A stretch of 64,000 nucleotides of DNA from an uncultured Microbacterium sp. (lineage in GTDB: Bacteria; Actinomycetota; Actinomycetes; Actinomycetales; Microbacteriaceae). Both the position numbers and the translations under genes were made by a program. Location of the stretch: positions 11,340-75,339 of the forward strand of contig NZ_CANROA010000003.1 in NCBI RefSeq assembly GCF_947632095.1, given 5' to 3'. Positions 49,310 through 59,266 of this stretch are shown one piece after another; position 1 is the first letter of the stretch, and the number at the start of each line of letters is the position of its first letter. The notes beneath the pieces are model-generated. The model was not told the origin of the DNA and made no database searches. It was given only the letters and a program-made list of their open reading frames with translations.

Positions 49310-50367
49310 AGGAGAAAACCCTCGTGACCGACAGTCCGCGTCCCCCGATCGCCGCCGATGTGCGGCGCGCCCGCACCGGATTCATCTGGGTCGGCGTCGT
49401 CGCCCCGTTCGCGCTGCTCGCGATCGCCGCCGCGATCGTGCTCGCCTGGATGCCGGAGCTGCCCGACCCGATCGCGACGCACTGGGGGAACGGCGGCGTC
49501 GACGGCTTCATGTCGAAGACGGCGTTCCTGCCGACGATCCTTGGGATCTGCGGCGGCGTGATCCTACTCGACGTGGTGCTCGCCTTCGCCGGGCACCGGA
49601 TGCCGCAGTCGAGCACCAAGCCGCCGGTGCAGCAGTGGGGGCCGACGAGCCGATTCCTCGGCGCTGTGAATCTCGGACTCGGCGTGCTCTTCGTGGTGCT
49701 CCTCGTGTCCACCACGGCCATCCAGCGCGGACTCGCGGATGCGGCGGACGCCCCCGATGTCGGGGGATGGGCCGCGCTCGGGATGCTCGGGCTCGTCGTC
49801 TTCGCGGTGATCGGCTGGTTCCTGCAGCCGAAGAGCCCCGTGCCTGCGGCATCCGTCTCGGCGCCCGTCGACACCATCCCGCTTTCCTCTTCCGAACGCG
49901 CGGCATGGTTCGGCACCGTGACCATGGCGCGCGTCGGCATCATCGTGCTCGTCGCGGCCCTGGCGATGCTCGTGGTCCTCACTGTGTTCCTCGCGGCCGC
50001 CGGCGAGGCCTCCTGGTGGATCAACGCCGCGCTCGGCCTGGTCGTCACCGTGCTCACCGGCACGATGGCCGTCTTCCGCGTGCGCATCAGCACCGATGGC
50101 CTGCGCGTGCGCTCGCTCATCGGCTGGCCGAGCACCCGCATCCCGCTCGATCGCATCGAGAAGGTCGAGTGCGTGCAGATCAACCCGATGGGCGAGTTCG
50201 GCGGTTGGGGGTGGCGCATCGGTATGGACGGCCGTCGCGGCGTCGTGCTGCGAGCCGGTGAGGCGCTGCAGGTCACGCAGACCACAGGGCGCGTCTTCGT
50301 CGTCACCGTCGACGGCGCTGCAGATGCGGCATCCGTGCTCGAGACCCTCCGCTCGCAGAGCGCCTGA
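49306..50367 (+). CDS. DUF1648-containing membrane protein with C-terminal PH-like region
   Basis: ELPDPIATHWGNGGVDG DUF1648-type motif, several TM helices, GEFGGWGWR motif; overlaps ytrA stop (ATGA). Confidence 0.75.
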   Translation: MKEKTLVTDSPRPPIAADVRRARTGFIWVGVVAPFALLAIAAAIVLAWMPELPDPIATHWGNGGVDGFMSKTAFLPTILGICGGVILLDVVLAFAGHRMPQSSTKPPVQQWGPTSRFLGAVNLGLGVLFVVLLVSTTAIQRGLADAADAPDVGGWAALGMLGLVVFAVIGWFLQPKSPVPAASVSAPVDTIPLSSSERAAWFGTVTMARVGIIVLVAALAMLVVLTVFLAAAGEASWWINAALGLVVTVLTGTMAVFRVRISTDGLRVRSLIGWPSTRIPLDRIEKVECVQINPMGEFGGWGWRIGMDGRRGVVLRAGEALQVTQTTGRVFVVTVDGAADAASVLETLRSQSA

Positions 50368-50382
50368 GAACAGGAACCCGTC

Positions 50383-51324
50383 ATGACCCGTATCCGCCCC
50401 CTCTCCACGATCTCCTTCGTGGTGCTCGCACTCGGCCTCGCCTGGCTCGTCGCGCTCCCGCTGTGGACCGGCGACGGTCTCGCGCATCCGCTCGCAGGTC
50501 TCATCATCCAGGCCATGATGTTCACGCCCGCGCTCGCCGTCGTGATCGTTCTGCTGGTCTTCCGGCCCATCGGGAAGGGGGCGCGGCTGCGATTCCTCGG
50601 CATGTGGCCGCTGCGCCCGGCGAAGCCCGTCGTCTGGATGATGGTGATCGGTCTGTTCGCCCCGGTCGTTCTCATCGCAGCATCCGTGGCCGTCGCGGCG
50701 CTCTGCGGTTGGGTGACGCTCGACCTCGTGCACTTCTCCGGCTTCGCGCAGGTGTTGGCAGCCACCACGCCCGCCGGTACGCCCGCCGCGCCGCCGATCG
50801 TCGTGATCATCTCGCAGCTGATCGCGATCCCGTTCGCCGCGGCGACGATCAATGCGGTGCTCGCATTCGGGGAAGAGCTCGGCTGGCGCGGATTCCTGCT
50901 GCCGGCGCTGCGTCCGCTCGGCACCTGGCCGGCCCTGCTCATCAGCGGCGCCGTCTGGGGCCTCTGGCACGCGCCCGTGATCCTGCTCGGTTACAACTTC
51001 GGGCGCACCGACATCACCGGTGTGCTGTTCATGATGCTCGGATGCACGGCCTGGGGCATCCTCCTCGGCTGGCTGCGCCTGCGCTCAGCGTCGCTCTGGC
51101 CCGCCGTCTTCGCGCACGGCGCCATGAACGCCGCGGGGGCGATGATCGCCCTCGTCCACGCCGCAGGGACGACATTCGACATGGCTCTGGCCGGTCCGTT
51201 GGGGATCGCCGGAGTCATCGTCTGCGCGATCAGCACCATCGCGCTGTCGCTCACCGGCCAGTTCCGCCGGCAGCCCGAGCTGAGCCGTGCTCCGAAGGCA
51301 GCCGCAGGATCGGTCGGCGGCTGA
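50383..51324 (+). CDS. CPBP (Abi/CAAX) family intramembrane metalloprotease
   Basis: FGEELGWRGFL, WGLWHAP, AVFAHGAMN. Confidence 0.9.
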   Translation: MTRIRPLSTISFVVLALGLAWLVALPLWTGDGLAHPLAGLIIQAMMFTPALAVVIVLLVFRPIGKGARLRFLGMWPLRPAKPVVWMMVIGLFAPVVLIAASVAVAALCGWVTLDLVHFSGFAQVLAATTPAGTPAAPPIVVIISQLIAIPFAAATINAVLAFGEELGWRGFLLPALRPLGTWPALLISGAVWGLWHAPVILLGYNFGRTDITGVLFMMLGCTAWGILLGWLRLRSASLWPAVFAHGAMNAAGAMIALVHAAGTTFDMALAGPLGIAGVIVCAISTIALSLTGQFRRQPELSRAPKAAAGSVGG

Positions 51325-51369
51325 CGGACACCTCTTGACGGGACTCCCCGGCCGGGGTTGTGTGGGGTC

Positions 51370-52038
51370 ATGGCCGAACCGACTGCTGAGAACTGGCGCC
51401 GCACGGACGAGTTCCTCGCCGACACGCTCGTGGGGCAGGATGCGGCGCTCGACGCGGCGCTGAGCGCGCAGCGCGAGGCCGGGCTGCCCGATATCGAGGT
51501 GGCGCCGGTCAGCGGCAAGCTGCTGAATCTCGTCGCACGCATGAGCGGAGCGCGCCGAGTGCTCGAGATCGGGACGCTGGGCGGGTACTCGACGATCTGG
51601 TTGGCACGGGCCGTCGGGGAGGGCGGGGCCGTCATATCGATCGAGGCCGAGCCGGTCAACGCAGCGGTCGCGCGTCGCAGCATCGATGCCGCGGGCGTGG
51701 GCGACCGCGTGGCGATCCGCATCGGACGGGCAACGGATGTTCTGCCGACGCTCGAGGGATCGGATCCGTTCGATCTCGTCTTCATCGACGCGGACAAGGA
51801 GTCCAACACCGTCTACCTCGATTGGGCGGCGAGACTGAGCCGGCCCGGGGGCGTCGTGATCCTCGACAACATCGGCCGGGACGGCGAGATCATGAACTCC
51901 GATGCCAGGGATCCTCGGGTGACCGGCGCACGTGACGGCCTGCGGATGCTGGGGGAGGACCCGCGGTTCGATGCCACGGCCCTGCAGACTGTCGGCGTCA
52001 AGGGGTGGGACGGCGCAGCGATCGCCCTGATCGTGTGA
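51370..52038 (+). CDS. SAM-dependent O-methyltransferase
   Basis: RVLEIGTLGGYSTIW, FDLVFIDADK, GGVVILDNI, KGWDG. Confidence 0.92.
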   Translation: MAEPTAENWRRTDEFLADTLVGQDAALDAALSAQREAGLPDIEVAPVSGKLLNLVARMSGARRVLEIGTLGGYSTIWLARAVGEGGAVISIEAEPVNAAVARRSIDAAGVGDRVAIRIGRATDVLPTLEGSDPFDLVFIDADKESNTVYLDWAARLSRPGGVVILDNIGRDGEIMNSDARDPRVTGARDGLRMLGEDPRFDATALQTVGVKGWDGAAIALIV

Positions 52039-52117
52039 CATCGGCATAGGTAACGGCGGATGCCGCGCACTAGACTGACGGTGGATCGACGACGCTCCAC
52101 ACCAAACCTTCCCCTGA

Positions 52118-53413
<1,296 letters not shown>

Positions 53414-53451
53414 ACGACGACACCGCACTGAGCACGAGAGGAGGGGGAGCC

Positions 53452-53979
53452 ATGGCGAAACGTCCGGCTCCCCTTTCTCGTGCCCGAACGGCGTCGACGG
53501 GAGCCCCGGCTCCCGCTCCTCGGCGCACGCGCGCCGGCGGCACGGCGCAGGTCGACGTCCGCGAATGGGCATCGGGAATCCGCCTGTCGGGGTTCATGGT
53601 CATCATGCTCTCGCTGGTGATCCTCGGCGCGTGGGTGCTCGTCCCGACGCTCGGAACCTATATCGATCAGAGGCAGAAGATCGCCGCTCTGGAGGCGTCG
53701 GTGCAGGTGACGGCTGAGGAGATTACGCGGCTCGAGCAGGCTCGCGAGCGCTGGGAAGATCCCGCCTACATCACGACTCAGGCCCGGGAGCGCCTGTATT
53801 ACATGAAGCCCGGCGAGGTGGTCTACCTCGTCGACAACGATCTCGATCCGGCCTCTCTCCCGCAGGAGCAAGCGCCCGTCAGCGATGAGCTCGAGCAGAC
53901 TCCCTCCGACTGGATGCCGCAGCTGCTGCGCTCCGTGACCGGGGCCGGGCTCGCCCAGTCGGCGATCCGCGCGCAATAA
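53452..53979 (+). CDS. Septum formation initiator (FtsB/DivIC family)
   Basis: TM helix, coiled coil, DPAYITTQARERLYYMKPGE; canonical position after eno. Confidence 0.88.
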   Translation: MAKRPAPLSRARTASTGAPAPAPRRTRAGGTAQVDVREWASGIRLSGFMVIMLSLVILGAWVLVPTLGTYIDQRQKIAALEASVQVTAEEITRLEQARERWEDPAYITTQARERLYYMKPGEVVYLVDNDLDPASLPQEQAPVSDELEQTPSDWMPQLLRSVTGAGLAQSAIRAQ

Positions 53980-54027
53980 CGCGGATCCCAAGGGATTGCT
54001 CAGGCACTCCTCCCGTAGGCTGAGACG

Positions 54028-54549
54028 GTGACGACACCGCCTTTCGCCCCGCCCACTCCCGCAGAGATCGACGTCGTGTCGGCTCAACTCGGCCGAACGG
54101 CACGCGGTGTCCTCGGCATCGCCGCCCGTTGCGTCTGCGGAAACCCCACCGTCGTGGCCACGACGCCGCGTCTGCCGGACGGATCCCCGTTCCCGACGTT
54201 CTACTATCTGACGCACCCGGCTGCGACCGCCGCGATGTCGACGCTCGAAGCCACTCAGGTGATGGTCGAGCTCACCGAGCTGCTGAACGACGACGAGTCG
54301 GTGGCCACCGCGTACCGCTCCGCGCACGAGGCGTTCCTCGCCGATCGTGCCCAGTTCGGCGATGTCCCGGAGATCGACGGAATCTCCTCGGGCGGCATGC
54401 CCACCCGCATCAAGTGCCTGCATGCTCTGGCCGGCCACGCTCTGGCTGCGGGCCCGGGCGTGAACCCCATCGGAGACCTGGCGCTGGAGCGCTCGAGCTG
54501 GTCGCCTGAGCGCTGCCAGTGCGAGGACCCCGGAGCCGCGAAGGGATGA
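54028..54549 (+). CDS. DUF501 domain protein
   Basis: RCVCGNP, PDGSPFPTFYYLT, GGMPTRIKCLHAL. Confidence 0.9.
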   Translation: MTTPPFAPPTPAEIDVVSAQLGRTARGVLGIAARCVCGNPTVVATTPRLPDGSPFPTFYYLTHPAATAAMSTLEATQVMVELTELLNDDESVATAYRSAHEAFLADRAQFGDVPEIDGISSGGMPTRIKCLHALAGHALAAGPGVNPIGDLALERSSWSPERCQCEDPGAAKG

Positions 54550-55856
54550 GTGTGAAGCGGATGCTGCGTAACGCCGTCGCTGTTGCGATGGTGGCGGCAT
54601 CCGCCCTGCTCGCGGGGGCGGCGACGCCTCCCCCCGCTCCGACTCCCGGACTGGTCGCGGATGACCCGACTGATCCGGTGCGCGCGCTGGAGTACTGGCT
54701 CGACGGCGCGGGGATCCGCGAGGCCTGGGCGACGACCCGCGGCAAGGGCGTGACGATCGCCGTCATCGATACCGGTGTCGGGAAGGTCCCCTCCGTCTTC
54801 GGCGAGGCCGTGGTCGGCGGAACGGACGTCTCGGGAAGCGGAACGCCCGATGGGCGATCGCCCGTCGGCGCCGTCGACCCGGACCACGGATCCTGGGTGG
54901 CCTCGCTCGCCGCCGGTCGTGGCGATGCCGACGGCACCGGAATGATCGGCGTCGCACCGGAGGCGGATCTGCTGTCGGTGTCGGTCGGGTTCGGCGCCGC
55001 GGCCGTCGTGCCGTTCGTGGATCAGATCGCCGATGGCATCCGCTGGGCCGTCGACAACGGCGCCGACGTCATCAACATGTCCCTGACGACCAACACCCTC
55101 GATTGGGATCCCAGCTGGGACGATGCGTTCCTCTACGCCTACGAGCACGACGTGGTCGTCGTGGTGGCCGCCGGCAACCGGGGGAGCGGGACGACGATGG
55201 TGGGCGCCCCGGCGACGATCCCCGGTGTTCTCACGGTGGGCGGCGTCGATCAGACGGGCACGGCGAGCGTCGAAGCATCCACGCAGGGGATCACGATCGG
55301 CATTTCGGCCCCGAGTGAAGGTCTGCTGGGCGTCTCTGCCAACGGCGATCTCGTCTCCTGGGACGGCACGAGCGGGGCGGCGCCGATCGTCGCCGGCGTC
55401 GCAGCGCTGATCCGTGCGGCTCATCCCGATCTGGATGCCGCGAACGTCATCAACCGGATCATCTCGACGGCGATCCCCGTCGAAGGGGTGACGGCGGTGC
55501 CGGATCCGCTGTACGGCTATGGGCTGCTGGATGCTGCGGCGGCCCTCAGCGCGGATGTTCCGCTCGTCTCGGAGAACCCGATGGGAGATCTTGCGGAGTG
55601 GGTGCGTCTGTATCGGCGTGCCGATGCGGAACCGCTGCCGGACCCGGAGGTGACGCCGGTGCAGATCCCTCCTCTTCCGGCTGCCGATCCGCCGTCGGAG
55701 GCGGGATCGCCGTTGCTCCCCAGCGCTGAATCTTTGCGATACGGTACCCTCCCGCTCATCGCACTCACCATGACTGGTATTCTTGTCGGGCTAGGCGTCA
55801 CCGCAGCTGCCCGGCGCATCCGAACGGCGCGCGCGAAAAGCACGCCAGCACCCTGA
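54546..55856 (+). CDS. S8 subtilisin-family serine protease, secreted and membrane-anchored (mycosin-like architecture)
   Basis: Signal peptide; triad VIDTG, HGSWVA, GTSGAAP; YGYGLLD; Pro-rich linker and C-terminal TM helix with basic tail. Confidence 0.88.
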   Translation: MSVKRMLRNAVAVAMVAASALLAGAATPPPAPTPGLVADDPTDPVRALEYWLDGAGIREAWATTRGKGVTIAVIDTGVGKVPSVFGEAVVGGTDVSGSGTPDGRSPVGAVDPDHGSWVASLAAGRGDADGTGMIGVAPEADLLSVSVGFGAAAVVPFVDQIADGIRWAVDNGADVINMSLTTNTLDWDPSWDDAFLYAYEHDVVVVVAAGNRGSGTTMVGAPATIPGVLTVGGVDQTGTASVEASTQGITIGISAPSEGLLGVSANGDLVSWDGTSGAAPIVAGVAALIRAAHPDLDAANVINRIISTAIPVEGVTAVPDPLYGYGLLDAAAALSADVPLVSENPMGDLAEWVRLYRRADAEPLPDPEVTPVQIPPLPAADPPSEAGSPLLPSAESLRYGTLPLIALTMTGILVGLGVTAAARRIRTARAKSTPAP

Positions 55857-55873
55857 CGAGGAGTTGTCCCTAC

Positions 55874-57463
55874 GTGCCTGAGAACAGCACTGTGCCCAAG
55901 ATTTTGATCGTCGGTGGTGGCTACGCGGGTTTCTACACGGCGTGGAAGCTCGAGAAGCACCTCCGCAAGGGCGAAGCCGAAGTGACCATGGTCGATCCGC
56001 TTCCCTACATGACCTACCTGCCGTTCCTGCCCGAGGTCGCAGCCGGATCGATCGAGCCGCGCCACGCGGTCGTCGCGACGCGTCGTCACCTCAAGCGCAC
56101 GAACGTCGTTTCGGCGAAGGTCACGAAGATCGATCACGCGAACAAGGTCGCGACCATCACCCCCTCCGAGGGTGAGGCGTACGAGTTCGCCTACGACCAG
56201 ATCGTCGTCACGGCGGGCTCCGTCTCGCGCACCTTCCCGATCCCCGGCATCGCCGACAACGCGATCGGCATGAAGTCGATCGAAGAGGCCGTCTGGGTCC
56301 GCGACAAGCTTCTGGCGAACTTCGACAAGGCCGCAGCCCTCCCCGCCGGCCCCGAGCGCGAGCGTCTTCTGACGGTCGTCGTCGTCGGTGGTGGCTTCGC
56401 GGGCATCGAGACCTTCGCCGAGCTGCGCTCGTTCGCCTCGGCGCTGCTCAAGCGCTACCCCCAGCTCTCCTTCGAGGAGACGCACTTCCACCTGATCGAG
56501 GCGATGGGCCGCATCATGCCCGAGGTCTCGCAGCCCACCAGCGAATGGGTGCTCCAGGACCTCGCCAAGCGCGGCGCCAACGTGCACCTCGACACGCAGG
56601 TCACCGGTGCCGTCGACGGCAACGTCGAGCTGTCCACGGGCGAGGTCATCCCCTCGGACATCATCGTCTGGACCGCGGGCGTCATGGCCAACCCGCAGGT
56701 CACCCGTGCAGGAGACCTGCCCACGGAGGAGCGCGGTCGTATCCGCGCCCAGGCTTCGCTGCGCGTGATCGACGCTGACGGAAACGTCGTCGAGGGCGCA
56801 TGGACCGCCGGTGACGTCTCGGCTGTCCCCGACCTCAGCGGCGGCGGAGTCGGCGGTTTCTGCGTGCCGAACGCCCAGCACGCCGTCCGTCAGGCCAAGC
56901 GCCTCGCGAAGAACCTCGTCGCCGTTCTGCGCGGCGAGGAGCCGATCGACTACTTCCACAAGAACCTCGGCGCGGTTGCCGGCCTCGGCCTCGGCACCGG
57001 TGTTTTCCAGTCGGGCAAGTTCGCGATGAAGGGCTTCTTCGCCTGGGTCGCGCACCGCGGCTACCACGGCCTGGCCATGCCTTCGTGGGAGCGCAAGTTC
57101 CGCGTGCTGTGGGGCTGGTGGAACAACCTCTGGCTCGATCGTGACATCGTGAGCCTCGAGAAGTTGCAGCAGCCTCGTGCGTTCTTCGAGGAGTTCGCCT
57201 CGCGTCCGCGTCCGGCGGCTGATGCTGCTCCCGCACCGGCGAAGCCGGCCGAAGAGAAGCCCGTCGAGAAGAAGCCGGTCGAGAAGAAGCCGGTCGAGAA
57301 GAAGGCTCCTGCGAAGAAGCCTGCTGCGAAGAAGGCTCCGGCGAAGAAGGTCGTGGCCGACAACGCTGCAGCCGACACCGCGGAGAAGGCCGAGAAGGCC
57401 CCCGCGAAGAAGGCTCCGGCCAAGAAGCCTGCTGCGAAGAAGGCTCCTGCCGCTGCGGAGTGA
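55874..57463 (+). CDS. Type II NADH dehydrogenase-family flavoprotein with Lys/Ala/Pro-rich C-terminal tail
   Basis: IVGGGYAG, YDQIVVTAGS, VVGGGFAGIE, WTAGV, PNAQHA; tail KKPVEKKAPAKKPAAKKAPAKK. Confidence 0.88.
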   Translation: MPENSTVPKILIVGGGYAGFYTAWKLEKHLRKGEAEVTMVDPLPYMTYLPFLPEVAAGSIEPRHAVVATRRHLKRTNVVSAKVTKIDHANKVATITPSEGEAYEFAYDQIVVTAGSVSRTFPIPGIADNAIGMKSIEEAVWVRDKLLANFDKAAALPAGPERERLLTVVVVGGGFAGIETFAELRSFASALLKRYPQLSFEETHFHLIEAMGRIMPEVSQPTSEWVLQDLAKRGANVHLDTQVTGAVDGNVELSTGEVIPSDIIVWTAGVMANPQVTRAGDLPTEERGRIRAQASLRVIDADGNVVEGAWTAGDVSAVPDLSGGGVGGFCVPNAQHAVRQAKRLAKNLVAVLRGEEPIDYFHKNLGAVAGLGLGTGVFQSGKFAMKGFFAWVAHRGYHGLAMPSWERKFRVLWGWWNNLWLDRDIVSLEKLQQPRAFFEEFASRPRPAADAAPAPAKPAEEKPVEKKPVEKKPVEKKAPAKKPAAKKAPAKKVVADNAAADTAEKAEKAPAKKAPAKKPAAKKAPAAAE

Positions 57464-57480
57464 TCCGAGCAGATTTCACG

Positions 57481-57526
57481 AGGTCGGCCCCCGTTCATTC
57501 ATCGAACGGGGGCCGACCTTTTTCTT
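57481..57526 (+). terminator. Intrinsic terminator
   Basis: AGGTCGGCCCCCGTTC / GAACGGGGGCCGACCT stem followed by TTTTCTT. Confidence 0.85.
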
Positions 57527-57535
57527 CGTCGGGTT

Positions 57536-57793
57536 TCAGCCGATCCGAAGCCGGTGAGCCATCGCGGGGTGCGCGAGGAACGACTCCAGGTGGCGACGCG
57601 CCTCGTCGAAGGTGTCGAAGGTGCCGCGATCGCGTCCGAACGGATCGCGGGCTGCGTGGCCGTCGCTGGAATCGATGGAGCCTCCGAAAGCCCCGTCGAT
57701 GTGCGCTACCCAGAGGTCCACATCGACCTCCGTCCACAGCACGTGTCCGGTCGTGACGGCGGTGTTCGTGATGATAGTCATGGTGTTCATCAT
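57536..57793 (-). CDS. Small hypothetical protein (about 85 aa)
   Basis: MMNTMTIIT...WTEVDVDLWVAHIDGAFGGSID...FDTFDEARRHL; purine-rich GGAAGG before ATG; fills the gap between terminator and tRNA. Confidence 0.55.
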   Translation of the reverse strand: MMNTMTIITNTAVTTGHVLWTEVDVDLWVAHIDGAFGGSIDSSDGHAARDPFGRDRGTFDTFDEARRHLESFLAHPAMAHRLRIG

Positions 57794-57910
57794 CCTTCCG
57801 AGCGAGCTGGTCGTGAGTGCTCGTTTCCCCACGAGACTCTCAGCATTCGATGGAGGATGACAAATGTTTGCTCGGCCCTTGTGCGGGCCGGAAGGCATTT
57901 GATAATGCAG

Positions 57911-57983
57911 TGCCCCCACTGGGACTCGAACCCAGACTGAAGCGATTTTAAGTCGCCTGCCTCTGCCATTGGGCTATGGGGGC
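57911..57983 (-). tRNA. tRNA-Leu(TAA), 73 nt, short variable loop, CCA not encoded
   Basis: GCCCCCA TA GCCCAATGGCAGAGGC A GGCGA CTTAAAA TCGCT TCAGT CTGGG TTCGAGT CCCAG TGGGGGC A cloverleaf. Confidence 0.95.
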
Positions 57984-58036
57984 CCGCGCCCAGCCTAGTC
58001 GTGCGCCACGGGGCGTCGAGGTCATAGGGTGGGGGA

Positions 58037-59266
58037 GTGATCGACCTGACCGCGACACCGAATGCCTCCGAGCCCCGGGCCTGGGAACAGCCCGGTCGCT
58101 GGTGGCCGCGTCTCACCGCGGCCACCGAGAAGCTTTCCGCTCCCGTGGCCGTCATCGACATCGATGCGCTGCGGCACAATGCGATGGACATGCTGGCCCG
58201 TGCGGGCGGGCTTCCGATCCGCGTCGCATCCAAATCGGTGCGCGTGCGCGGCGTCCTCGACGCTGTTCTGCGCATCCCCGGCTATCGCGGCATCCTCTCG
58301 TTCTCGCTCGCCGAGGCGCTGTGGCTCGCCGAAGACCACGACGACATCGTGCTGGGATATCCGACGGTCGACCGGAACGCGCTCGAGACGCTGGTGAAGG
58401 ATGAGACCGCCGCCGCTCGGATCACGCTCATGGTCGATGACATCGCTCAGCTCGATGTCATCGACGCCATCGCGCCGGCGCACCGTCGAGCGCCGATCCG
58501 ACTCGCGATCGATGCGGATGCCTCGTTGCGCAGCGGAGTTATCGGACACATCGGGGTGCGCCGCTCGCCCCTGTTCACCGCCGCTGAAGTGGCGGCGCTG
58601 GCCCGACAGGTCATCCGGCGTCCGGGCTTTCGACTCGTCGGACTGCAGATGTACGAGGCGCAGATCGCCGGACAGGGCGATGCAGGAGCGGATGGCGCGG
58701 TGATCCGTCGCGTGCAGGCGCGCTCCCGGTCGGAGCTGCTCACGCGCCGCGCGCAGATCGCCGATGCCCTGATCGCCATCGCGCCCATGGAATTCCTCAA
58801 CGGAGGAGGCACGGGGTCGCTGGAGACCACGGCCGCCGACGAATCCGTCACCGAGGTGTCGGCCGGCAGCGGACTCCTCGGAGGGCACCTCTTCGACGGA
58901 TACCGGGCGTTCCGCCCCGCACCCGCCAGCGCCTTCGCCTTCGACGTCGTCCGACGCCCGTCCGCCGACATCGCGACGGTGCTCGGAGGAGGATGGATCG
59001 CGTCGGGTCCGGCTCTCGAGTCCCGCCAGCCCCGTGCCGTGTGGCCGGAAGGGCTTCGGATGCTGTCGCGCGAAGGCGCCGGAGAGGTGCAGACACCATT
59101 GCGCGGCGAGAACGCGCGAGAGCTGCGCATCGGAGATCGGGTGTGGTTCCGCCACGCCAAGAGCGGTGAACCCGCTGAACGGACCGACGCTTTCCACCTC
59201 GTCGACGGCGACCGGGTGATCGATCGACTGCCCACCTACCGCGGCGAGGGGAAGAGCTTCCTGTGA
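58037..59266 (+). CDS. PLP-dependent fold-type III protein (alanine racemase N-terminal / DSD1-like amino acid deaminase-aldolase)
   Basis: IRVASKSVR Lys motif, GLQMYEAQIAG, NGGGTGS, SAGSG, GAGEVQTPL, FRHAKSGE. Confidence 0.8.
   Translation: MIDLTATPNASEPRAWEQPGRWWPRLTAATEKLSAPVAVIDIDALRHNAMDMLARAGGLPIRVASKSVRVRGVLDAVLRIPGYRGILSFSLAEALWLAEDHDDIVLGYPTVDRNALETLVKDETAAARITLMVDDIAQLDVIDAIAPAHRRAPIRLAIDADASLRSGVIGHIGVRRSPLFTAAEVAALARQVIRRPGFRLVGLQMYEAQIAGQGDAGADGAVIRRVQARSRSELLTRRAQIADALIAIAPMEFLNGGGTGSLETTAADESVTEVSAGSGLLGGHLFDGYRAFRPAPASAFAFDVVRRPSADIATVLGGGWIASGPALESRQPRAVWPEGLRMLSREGAGEVQTPLRGENARELRIGDRVWFRHAKSGEPAERTDAFHLVDGDRVIDRLPTYRGEGKSFL

Noticed and set aside
54546-55856. Type VII secretion locus suggested by the mycosin-like protease
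   Set aside because: No EccC FtsK ATPase, EccB/D or WXG100 genes in the window
57250-57450. Short direct repeats resembling a CRISPR or VNTR array
   Set aside because: In-frame coding repeats of a Lys-rich tail; no unique spacers and no cas genes
57794-57919. 5' extension of ORF 57536-57919 into the tRNA
   Set aside because: Overlaps the tRNA 3' end; a better start with RBS lies at 57793
57465-58036. Possible genomic island integrated at tRNA-Leu
   Set aside because: No integrase, no duplicated tRNA 3' end seen, and flanking genes look like core genes
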